From: Camelus dromedarius
Taxonomy: Eukaryota
Assembly (NCBI RefSeq): GCF_036321535.1
Contig: NC_087436.1
Location: 69,690,001-69,754,000, forward strand
Length of the DNA: 64,000 bases
Direction: 5' to 3'
Shown here: positions 39,801-50,480 of the stretch, piece after piece
Layout: every line of letters begins with the position of its first letter
Numbering within the stretch: the first letter of the stretch is position 1
Translations under genes and position numbers: made by a program
Notes under the pieces: generated by a model
Database searches by the model: none
Told to the model about the DNA's origin: nothing
The model's input: the letters and a program-made list of their open reading frames with translations, nothing else

Positions 39801-42324
39801 CTTTTCATAAACTGGAAAGAGATTTATAAGTTGCTCAAAAATGACCATGTTTCCTGCCCACTTTAGTAATATCCACCTAACTGGATATATAGTATGATCT
39901 ATAGTCTCCTAAGCCTGCTACATTTAATCATAGGATCATTTTTACTTCTTTCACTTGTTTTCCAAAGGTGATTAATAACAAACAGCCAAGAAACCTGGTT
40001 ACATTGCTTTTATGTCAATCTTTTTAACTTATCATGCTAGTGTGTGTAACCTGAGACATATTCCAAATAGCCACTAATATTCAAAGAATTATGCTGGCAT
40101 GTCTTCTGGTCACCAGATTTTGATTATATATATTATTATTTTTCAGGAAATATCCTAGCTCAGTAAGAGACTTTTTCCTTTAACATCAAATAGCAAGTTC
40201 ACCAAAAACTAGATTTTCAGCAAAGTGTGGATTAATTTGTTGTTGACATCGCAAATAGTGTGAGCACCGGAGAAATCATTTACCCAAACCTGATGTAGTT
40301 TTGGGGAGATTCAAAGTGACTCTCTATACCATGGTGTGCACTGGTGCTCCTGACAGCAATATCAGATATCTGCCTCCAGGGGAAAGTGCATTTTAAATCA
40401 AGCCAGTCAAATCAAGAGCCTACCAATTGCCTTCAACGTGGTTTCAGCCTGAAACACCTCAGTATTGCTCGGGGCAATGGTTCTCCATGTGCTATTTCTC
40501 AGCTAGCAGTATTAGCATCACCTGGGCATACTGATGCACTTTAAAATTTGAGACCGTCTTGTTTAAGGGAGGTGACTGAGGGAATGGATTAAAATGTATA
40601 GGTCACTGGAACAAGAAAGACATGCTGTGGTAGAAATAGCCAAGCAATAAGCACGGCAGGAAAAGGCGCCTGGGAAAGGATGGAGCACAGGCGAGGTCCA
40701 GAGCCTTGTGTCCTGAGGCACAGCCAGAAGCCTTCCTACTCAGTACCTAGGAAACCTGCTTTACTCTTTTATCTCCAACAGGGAGCCAATGGCCTCTTAC
40801 AAATAAGCACTGTGTCCTCTAGAACAGGTACACAGGATTTAGTGTGCCACATGTCTCATCAGGCCTACTGTGTAATTTTTTTTGTCACCTGCCTTCACTC
40901 CATAGGCATTTGATATTGTATGAATAATATAGAATTGATGAAAACTTCTAAATGAAACATATTTTCAGTCACACGTTATTGCTTTGGCACAAAGTGAGGG
41001 GTCTGAATATTTAATTTATTGAATTCCTAAAAAAATATATGATTTCTCAGTAGTTGTGGCTTGGGCCCTAAATATATTTAATTAATTGCCTCTTCTACTC
41101 TAGTACAACTCAAAAGCTAAGTGCATTCTTCTTTTCTTCCCCTAAGGAATCAGCTGAAGTCCCCACAGAGGTAAGTAATTTTCATTCAACTGAAATGAAA
41201 TTAATACCAACTAGCACTATTTTCTTTTTGTGTATTTTTATGGCAAGTGCTTTTGTTTTCTTAACAGAAAGATAAGCCCATTGTGGAAGATAAGCACTAC
41301 ACACAATTTCTCACACAAATTGTAATTTCAACTAAACCGTAATATCATTGCTGTTTTTTCTCCCAATGTTCACATAACTCATTCCACCCCAATGAGATAT
41401 TTACCCTCAATTTACAGTAAGTAGTATATTTTCTCTGTTTTTGTTACTTTGATTTCCAGCTATTAGCTTGTTAAACTTGTGGACTTACAGTTTAAGATAA
41501 GTAAGTGTTGGGCAATTAACCAAATGATTTTGAAGGAGTTACAAGCCTCAGAAAATTTGTTTCAAGTTTAAATGGTGTAAGTGTAGTTGAGGTATCACAT
41601 CTTTGTCCACTCAACGTCTTTTTGCCAATAGCATCATAGACATGTCTCAAAAGTAAAGGTTTCCAAGCTACACATAGGAGGTCATGTACCCCGTCCTCTG
41701 GACTAGAGAAGTTTGTTGGGTGCACAAGGATAGAGCACCTGCTTTACAGTCAGCAACTTGTATTCCAATCATAACTTCACAAACTATTTCTTAACCTTTC
41801 CAAGCTACAGTTTCCTCAACTAAAAATGAAGATAGTTATATTGACCCTGAGGAATTACATTAGATGATATGTACATAAATTATGTTAAAAAATGCTTGGA
41901 ACACAGTATAGGCACATCTAAAAAAAATAACAGTTATTATTACCATGTCCCTACACAGAGCAGACATTCCTTCTAAAAACTTTAGAATAGAAACTGCCTT
42001 TCTTTGAATACCTAAATATGGGACTCCCCACATAAAACCTCTGTTTTTAGGAAATTATGATTGCTTTAAAAGCCATTCTTATACTTTGTCAAAATAATTC
42101 CAGTAGCACTCTCCCTTTGTACCACCTTCAAGGTAACAGGTTACTCACAGAAAATTCTAAAGACCGATTGACATTCTACACACCCATATTTTCAAATCTC
42201 TATGAAATGAACATTCTTTTGAGTGAAGCTGGCACTGCAGTTTTATATTTAATCTCTAAAAAGATCTTTAGAGTCAGCTCAAAGGCTATGGAATTTACTA
42301 GAATATTTATTAAGCCTGATAGGT

Positions 42325-42368
<44 letters not shown>

Positions 42369-45300
42369 TAGCACACTGTCATATATTTTAACAGATATAA
42401 TCCTACATGGTAAATAATGCTCAGGGAGAATGCAATATGATATATTATGCATAAACAACATAATGACCAAGTTATGAATTCTAACACCTAGGATAAAGGG
42501 AGTTAAAGTTCAGTTCTGTCTGACTCCAAAGAGCAGACTTCTTACACACACCAGACAGAAATGACAGACATTTGCCTTTTAACTCAAGAAATGTTCCTTT
42601 CCCTTCTCATACCTACTTTTGTTTTTTTCACATAGATACTGTTCTGGAGGTCTTCATAATCAGACAATGTTGTTAATTTTGCTATGTATTAACAAAGGTA
42701 GAAACAGCTACAATAAATTTTATGTGACTGAACTATTCTTGTTAGGTAAATTTGCCACCATTTTTAAATTATCTAATTAAAGGTCTAAGTAATTTGGTTC
42801 TGACAAAATGTGCTTTTGAGCCATGGAGGAGGTTCAATATTGGAGTAAATTTTATAATTTTCTTTCTCTCTAGAACAAAATCAGTCAATTTTATCAGAAG
42901 TGGAAATTCCTCCAGTATCTCCAGGCTCTTCATCAAGGTCAGATTGTGATGAACCCATGGGATCAGGGCAAGACAAGGGCCTACCCCTTTATTCCCACTG
43001 TGGTGAGTGCTGGTTTTTTAGTTTGTCCTTTGCTATTTTTGTTTGTTTGTTTGTTTTTGGCGGGGGATGAGCTCAGGGTGAAGATATGAACAATATCTAG
43101 AGACAAAATGCCCCAACAAGGTTTTAACTTAGAAAGTAGAACAATTGGGAACAAAATCTCATAGTCCAGAAATTAAATCACAGACAATATAGTCTTAAAT
43201 ATAGTAACAAATAACAGTAGTAACCATAGTGACAAGGAATTAATTGAACATACCTGTCTTAAGCATTTGCCCCTATATCATTTCACTTGGTTCCTCAAAC
43301 AATTCTCTAAGTTGGGAGGGGACAGTAATCATTATCTTCATGTAACAAAAAGATCGTACTGTAAGAAAATATAAGGAAATGAAGTAACTTGCCCAAATTC
43401 CAAGTACTGTCTACCATAAAACAGTTTATCTTAAGGAATTTTTTCTCATATGAGGAATAAATAACAAAAGTTATCTTGGCCCTCTTTTTTTTTTTTTTTT
43501 TTTTTTTTGAATACAGAACACAGAGCAGCTCTCCATCAGTGAGGTAAGGCATTTTATTACAAAGGTAATACCCGGGAAACTACTAAGATACTAACATTTA
43601 TCAAACATGGTAATAGACGGTTTTTGATCTAGTTTTGTAAGCAATAAATCTTGACTTACAGAATACGGGGAAATTGGAACTTCAGACATCCAAGAAAAAT
43701 ATGGGGAAGGCAGAACAAAAATGTACACATCCAAGGATACAAAGATGGTTACCAGGGGTAGAGGGGGGTCAGAAGGGATAAATTGGAAATTTGAAAATTG
43801 CATCTCTTGGGGAGTGATGGAAATGTTAGCTATCTTGATTGTGGTGGTAGTTTCATTGTGTGTACATCTATCAAAATTCATCAAATTGTACATTTGAAAT
43901 ATGTGTAGTTTACTGTACAGGAACCATGCCACAATAAAGGTGTTAAAAAAAAAAAAGATTAGATTTGTGCTAGTAGACCTTATCAAAAAGTTAATACTAC
44001 TGCTTTTCCCAAAGTCACTATTACTATTGCTGTGGCACAGGAGGCTGAATAATGTAGAACTGAGGAAAACTTTGAAAGGAAACACATTTTCAGTCACATG
44101 TTACTGCTCTGACACAAAGTGAGGGCTCTGAATATTTATTTACTGAATTCCTAAAAAAATAGTAGTTCCTGGGCTCTAAATATATTGAATTAATTGCCCC
44201 TTCTACTCCAGTACAACTTTAAAGCTAAGTTAATTCTTCTTTTCTTCCCCTAAGGAATCAACTGAAGTTCCCACAGAGGTAAGTAATTTTCATTCAAATA
44301 AAATGAAATTAATATCACCCACAAGTCATGGTGTACATCTTAAGTTTTGTAAACATAGTGAGAGGAATCCAATGTACCATTCTGAAATAAGAACTCTAGT
44401 TCATCAAGATCCATACAAAGTGCTACAATCCAAGCGGTTCATATTTTATCAACAAGGTTAAAATGTATTATTTCAGTTTTTTTTACGGAATCTGCCAACT
44501 TCTCTCAGGAAGTCAAAATCACTTACATTAAATGTAGTTAAGAAATTACTTTTTATTTTGTTATGGTATACAATAACTATTATTTATTTTATATAAATGT
44601 AAGCAGGAGGGGATGTGGTTATGCACACCAATCAGATGAAATTTATTTATCTATTTATTGGTTCACTGATGAGATATGTCACTCATCATTCACTTAAGAA
44701 GTAGGTATTTAGCAAGTAATATGTCCCTTACATGGTTCTAGATCTTTGGGATACAACAGCAATCTACAAAAGCAATGAAAATAAATTTAATTATTCTTCT
44801 TTATAAAAGAGGGGTTTTATATATATATTCAAGAGGAAATTATGTATAAACAATACAGTGAGAATAAAATGTCTAACTCATTTCTTTAAGGAAAATTCAA
44901 AAAAGACTGTTGATATGGTAAGGTATTATTATTTCTATATAAAGATATATTTAAGTCATATTTTCAAAAACTAATATTAAAATATTACTAGCTAGGCTTA
45001 TCTGAAATCTTTCTTTTTTTTAATCAGATTTTTACTTTTTTGAGCTGGAAATTTTACTTCAATTCTTCTTTTTCATCTCTCATACTAATATTCTTTCTAA
45101 AAGAAAGACTTTTAATTCCATAAATATTAAGAATATACTAAGGATTCAATTACTCTGGTCCCCAAAGTTTGGTTATTTTGTTTGTTTCTAAAGGAATCTT
45201 CTAGTAGTTCATCTAGTGAGAAAAATGATGATTTTAAAATAAAACAACCAACTAGTTTATTGAGAAATACTGCACTTTCCTGTTGTTAATTATTTTAAGT

Positions 45301-48139
45301 AAATTATGTATTGCTAATTTGTTTTAGCAGAACCACATCAAAATAGCAAATGGAAATGAAGAAAAACCCTTGTAAGAAATATACACAGGTTCAAAGTCAT
45401 TTTAGACACCTGAAATGAACTATCTACATAGTCAAGACTAGCTGTTCTATCCCATGCCTTTGCTAATTTTCACTGGACTCTGGTTCATTGGTATTTATTT
45501 TTAAGTTAATTTTAAATAAGGTATTTTAAAAATAAGCCAATGTCAAATCAGCATGTTGTCAATTGCCTTCGGCAAAATTTTACCCTGATTCTCTCTCATT
45601 GTTTAGGGGGTTGAATACTGGATTGGGTTATGAGTTCTGTAAATCACAGGTACAAAACTGCTGTGGTAGAAAGAGCCAAGTGGGTAAGCACAATGGGAAA
45701 GCGTCCTGGGAAAGGACGAAGCGTGGATTGTAGCCCACAGTCTTGTGGCCTGAGGCACAGCACAGCTTCCTCCTCAAGGGCCTTAGGAAGCATGCTTTAC
45801 CCTTTCTCTCAAACTTGGGGTCCATGGCCACCAAAAAAAAAAAAAAAAAAAAAATGAAGGTCTTCCTAAGTGTATGCAGGCTGATTAGCTTTCTTCTCTC
45901 TCTCACTCACCCTCTCCTTCTCTCTCTCCCTTTGTACCTGCACATACTCAATGAGAATCTGACATTATGTGAAAAATACAGATAAACAGAAAATTTGAAA
46001 CATATTTTCAGTCAGGTATCATGTTCACACAGAGAATGCTCTGATAATGAATATTTGAACTCACTAAATTCACAATCAATTTCTATAAAGTAGCACTTCG
46101 TTTCTTGGTAACAGTGGCTTGGCCCTGAATTATTAAACTAATTCACTCTAGTTCTCTAAGAATGATAAAGATAAAATTACCAGTGAGCTATCCAAGTAAA
46201 GCCGACTTTCATTTTCTTTCCCTAAGGAATCAACAGAAGTATTCACTAAGGTAAGTAATTTCCGTTCAAACAAAATTTATTAAATATTAACCTTTGATAT
46301 TTTCTCCTGTATTTATCACGGTTTATTTTTATTATTAACAGAAAACTGAATTGACTGAAGAAGAAAAGGATCACCAAAAATTTCTGGTAAATTTTTCATA
46401 CGAACATTTATAACACAGCCAGACTCAGCTTGGACACTGCTGAGCCACAATCCTCTCAACAAAACAGAACAAAACAAATTTTTTAAAATAAATTCAAATT
46501 TCTATAAGTCTTCCTTTACTTTGTCAAAACTCTTACGAAAGCATTCTCTCATTGGACCAATGGTATCATCATTATTCCCTTGTTGTTCTAAAAACTCAGT
46601 GATTTTTCATTTTGTAAAAGCAGTAAATTATCTTAAAGGCAGATGCTACTGTGTTTAATTCCAATTTTAATCCCTGTAATAATCCATAGTTGGGCCCATA
46701 TAGATGGTTCGAAATAGAACATGAAGGAGAGAAATATTTAGTAATCATAAATAGGTGTCAGGCATTATGCAAAATGCTCTCTCTATATTAATTAATTTAA
46801 TTCCAGAAGGTAAGTGACACTCAGAGAGAGTAACAATTGGCTCAATGTCACAGATTCTACTAAGTTAAATCACACCTTCTATACGACTCTAAGGACCAGA
46901 GTGTTTCCACTAGACATGGAAAAACCACAATCTGAAACGCTTATTTCAGTAAATTAAGAAATTATCCTTTTGCCTTCTTGCACATTTTTTTTCCTTTTTC
47001 CTTTTCTCTTTATTCCTCTCACTTAAGCATTTTGACATTGGGGTCTGAAAAAACTAAAGAATATTCTTAATTCTACAGTTCATTCTATGAATGCAAAACA
47101 TAGAATTAATTCTAAATGAATAAACTTTATTTTGCTTAGGTCTGTTTGGTATCATTTAGAATGTATCCAAATAGATCAAGCTTTAGTTTATTTAGTTATG
47201 TCCAGGTGTGCTCTGACACAAAATTACTTACAATTTTTTTCAGAACAAAATCTACCAATATTATCAGACATTCCTCTGGCCAGAGTATCTCAAGACTGTT
47301 TATCAATATCAGAAAACTATGACTCCATGGAATCACATCAAGGTAAAAGCTTACCAAATTATTCCCAATTTGGTGAGTTCTACCTTTTATTTGTAGTTTT
47401 AAAAAAAGTTATCTTTTGTAGTAAAAATAAGCTAAGGACATGAAATAGAGACATAAAATTCCAACAAGTTCTCAAGCAGAAGCTGAAACAAAATTAAATT
47501 TAAAAATTCTAGGCTGGAAATAAAATTATAAATCATATGGTACAAATATAGCTACAATAAGCGAAAATAATTATAATGATAAATTGCATTTACATTGGAT
47601 TTAAATTTATTGAGTGTGTGCTCATAATGTTTCAGTGGATTCCTACAGTAATTCTTGACGGTAGGTCAAGATAGAGATTATTACTTACGTTTTATAAAAT
47701 TATCTGAAATTCTAAAATTAGCTGGACCAAGCTCTAATTTACAATTCTCCTTTATTTCATTTTTTAAAAGGTGACTTAAGAAACATCTTTTAATGTAAGG
47801 AATAAGTGGGAAAGCAGTAACTTGAACCCAGAGAACTGACAATTCAGTACAAAGAATATAGGATTGGAATCAGAAGATCTGATATGAAATAAGCTTTTGA
47901 TTTTGACAAGTCACTTCATTTTGCATTATTTTTAAAAATATGATTTACTTTATTATATCATTTAAAGATATCCTCTCCATGATTAGAGAAAATAAGAATT
48001 TAGTCCTATAGTTTGAATATGAGATGCCAAAAGAACATTCTAAATATCTCCATGGAAATGTAAATATTCCTTTCTTTTGTTATTATGAACATTTAGCTAA
48101 AATATGTTATTCCTTTCTCTTTTAAAGAGATACTTTTAA
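36818..48139 (+). CDS. CSN1S2: Alpha-s2 casein precursor (spliced; 193-aa core isoform, 202 aa with the optional ENSKKTVDM exon)
   Basis: The exons assemble to MKFFIFTCLLAVVLAKH EMDQGSSSE ESINVSQQ KFKQVKKVAIHPSK EDICSTFCE EAVRNIKEV ESAEVPTE NKISQFYQKWKFLQYLQALHQGQIVMNPWDQGKTRAYPFIPTV NTEQLSISE ESTEVPTE [ENSKKTVDM] ESTEVFTK KTELTEEEKDHQKFL NKIYQYYQTFLWPEYLKTVYQYQKTMTPWNHIK RYF*. This matches camel alpha-s2 casein as I recall it. Confidence 0.98.
37474..37500 (+). CDS. CSN1S2: CSN1S2 exon EMDQGSSSE
   Basis: AG/GT bounded, 27 nt. Confidence 0.95.
38276..38299 (+). CDS. CSN1S2: CSN1S2 exon ESINVSQQ
   Basis: AG/GT bounded, 24 nt. Confidence 0.93.
38383..38424 (+). CDS. CSN1S2: CSN1S2 exon KFKQVKKVAIHPSK
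   Basis: AG/GT bounded, 42 nt. Confidence 0.93.
38787..38813 (+). CDS. CSN1S2: CSN1S2 exon EDICSTFCE
   Basis: AG/GT bounded, 27 nt; carries the two Cys residues. Confidence 0.94.
39673..39699 (+). CDS. CSN1S2: CSN1S2 exon EAVRNIKEV
   Basis: AG/GT bounded, 27 nt. Confidence 0.94.
41147..41170 (+). CDS. CSN1S2: CSN1S2 exon ESAEVPTE
   Basis: AG/GT bounded, 24 nt. Confidence 0.94.
42329..42368. repeat. (GACA)10 microsatellite in a CSN1S2 intron
   Basis: Directly visible. Confidence 0.95.
42874..43002 (+). CDS. CSN1S2: CSN1S2 exon NKISQFY...PFIPTV
   Basis: AG/GT bounded, 129 nt. Confidence 0.96.
43517..43543 (+). CDS. CSN1S2: CSN1S2 exon NTEQLSISE
   Basis: Poly-T tract, AG/GT bounded, 27 nt. 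Confidence 0.94.
43660..43957 (+). mobile_element. L1-type 3' end with poly(A) tail in a CSN1S2 intron
   Basis: atggttaccaggggtagagggggg...gggataaattgg..tttga motif, followed by aataaa and poly(A). Confidence 0.7.
44255..44278 (+). CDS. CSN1S2: CSN1S2 exon ESTEVPTE
   Basis: AG/GT bounded, 24 nt; duplicate of the ESAEVPTE exon. Confidence 0.93.
44891..44917 (+). CDS. CSN1S2: CSN1S2 alternatively spliced exon ENSKKTVDM
   Basis: tttctttaag acceptor, gtaagg donor, 27 nt. Recalled as absent from the major camel isoform. Confidence 0.85.
46227..46250 (+). CDS. CSN1S2: CSN1S2 exon ESTEVFTK
   Basis: AG/GT bounded, 24 nt. Confidence 0.94.
46342..46386 (+). CDS. CSN1S2: CSN1S2 exon KTELTEEEKDHQKFL
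   Basis: AG/GT bounded, 45 nt. Confidence 0.95.
47244..47342 (+). CDS. CSN1S2: CSN1S2 exon NKIYQ...WNHIK (alternative donor extends it to 47372, adding VKAYQIIPNL)
   Basis: Donors aag|gtaaaa at 47342 and ttg|gtgagt at 47372, both in frame. Confidence 0.94.
48128..48139 (+). CDS. CSN1S2: CSN1S2 last coding exon RYF* (exon extends to 48172)
   Basis: tttaaag acceptor, TAA at 48137-48139, gtaagt donor at 48173. Confidence 0.92.
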   Translation, partial: RYF

Positions 48140-50190
48140 GATTCTTGAATTAACTGCTTCTACTTGATTATGGTAAGTGCCTTTAGACTTGGAATTTAAA
48201 CAATAAATAGGATTTTTGTGCAAAGACTGCGACTGTAAAACTGTTTAATATAGTTTCAACTTTAAATCCTACTTGATTTATGAAATATTTTCAATTTTGC
48301 TTAGACCTTTTTGATTCACAAGTGTAAGTTATCTGTGTAATTTGCATGCATTTTATAACTATTTTGAAAATAAATTTTAAGAAAGTTTCTCTAGAGCTGA
48401 TGATACATTCAGCCACAAGCAATAGTTCTGGGTGGAAACTGTCACAAGCATAATGTTCACGGAGATGTTTACCTACTGCCTTTGAGTTGAGCCAAGAAGT
48501 TCAGACAGCATTTCAGTTTGGTGGAAGATATACGTCAAGAGAGTTTTCCTATAGAAGATTTTCTGAAACAAATTATCTGCATCATTTTCTCTGGAAAAAA
48601 TCATCATTTTTTTCAATACACAAAATTTATTTTTCCTAGTTTCTTTCTTTGACATTTTAACCATTGCTTTAAAAAGTCATGATGAGACCCAAAGAAACTA
48701 ATGCATATTAGTGTTGCTTTTTTTGTATAGTCACCTTTTATTTTTCTTATATTGTCCTTGCAGTATATAGGTTATCTCCAATCTTGGAATTCTGTCTCAC
48801 TCAATTTATCTTCTTGTTCTTTTTATATGCCCTGCAACAGGACAAAGTAGGTTTCAGAGAAATGAATAATAACAGTAGTAATAATTTGTTGAGGCCTCAG
48901 AATGCTGGTCACAATTTTAAACCCTTTGCCTATCTTAATAAATTTCGTGGTCACAGAAAAACCTAGGCGGTAGTTAATATTACCAGCCAATTTGAGATAT
49001 GGACACTGAAGCCACAGAAGTTAAACATATTGTCTGTGATCACCCTTCAACAGCAGAAGAGCCAAGACTCTAACACTCATATCCAGCTCTAGGACTCAAC
49101 ACTCCATTGCTGACGCCAAACTACACCCAAAGTCCAGCTCGGGGATTTTTTTAGAGGATATTTTTTAACTTTAGGTACATTGTCACGAACTTGATTTGTT
49201 TGATCATGTCATTTCAACCCTCCAAATGTGAAGAAGGGCAGGACAACTTCACAAAATAATTTTATGTGAGAAAAATAGTAACTACCCTGGGTAAGAGCTG
49301 AAAATATAGCTGTATTTTATAAAAAACAATATTCTCCACGCTATCATTATTTATATACCTATTCTACATTTTTAAAAAGCTGATCATGTGTCCCATAATG
49401 TGAGAGACATGAGGGAGACAGAAATAAGATACTAAACTTATCCTCATTGAGCTCTGTTTTGGATAAGGACACAGAAATGGCAATAAAATGTGCCAAATGC
49501 TAAGTTAGAGGCATGAGAAGTATATGGTAGCACAAAAAGGTCAAGCGATGCATCAGACTTAAGTCCTAAACTAAGTGCTTTCAGATAATTAGAAATAGAC
49601 TAAGCAGAGCAATGGCAGAGGGAAAACAAAAAGGCAAAAGCCACTGAACTGACAGAAAAATTATAAAATAAACAGTAACCAAAAAATGCACAATAGATTT
49701 TGAAGAATTTATTCATTTTAAAGTGATTTCTTAAAACATCAACCCAAAGTAATTTTGCATAATAAATGTTTTTTCACTAAAATCCAGATTTTAATTTAAT
49801 AGAAGGATTTTAAATGTAAGAAGCAGTAATATTTTATTTCTAATAAACTGTTTGGAAAATAAGGATAATTAAATGTTCCTTCAAAATTGGCTGAAAATGG
49901 AAATATTTACCATTTAAGAAATAAATATAAATATTACTTTGGTATGCTGGATTGAAGAACCTGGATATCAATTTTCACTCATTCATTAATTTTTTTCAAC
50001 AAATAGTTATTAAAATCCTATTTGTTAGATATCATATTGGGCACTAGAAAATATTAACTAATAATAGTTATAAATAATAACATTCTGTTAGACTAAGGAT
50101 GGATGGGTATGTGTTGTTCTGTGTATAGACATACATTACTTCTGGAATATAAGTCTAGTAGATGATACAATATTATCATTTTCTTCTTAG

Positions 50191-50480
50191 GCTCAACTGG
50201 AAAATCTATCTTCTGCAGTTTCTTATCTACCACTTTACTTCATCCTACCGGCATGTTTAGAGAGACCCATTAATAAGATAGAAATATTGAGGAAAAGGAA
50301 GACTGTGCAGAATATTTCCTGAAGTATTTATACCATCCCGTTAGTTCATGTTGAGTATACTGGGTCTGTATTGTGGTTATATACGAACTTAGCTGATGAT
50401 TATTGAAAATGTTTTCACTACTCTTTGAGTTATAGAACTACATTTCTTTTTCCATGAAAATAAAATTTCAAATGCATTCA
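50191..50480 (+). other. CSN1S2: CSN1S2 terminal 3'-UTR exon, AATAAA at 50459-50464
   Basis: ttcttcttag acceptor; ctggaaaatctatcttct resembles the recalled alpha-s2 3' UTR. The end is approximate. Confidence 0.8.

Noticed and set aside
43591..44097. Longest ORF in the track (168 aa, minus strand)
   Set aside because: Runs antisense through an L1 tail and CSN1S2 intron, with no recognisable protein features.
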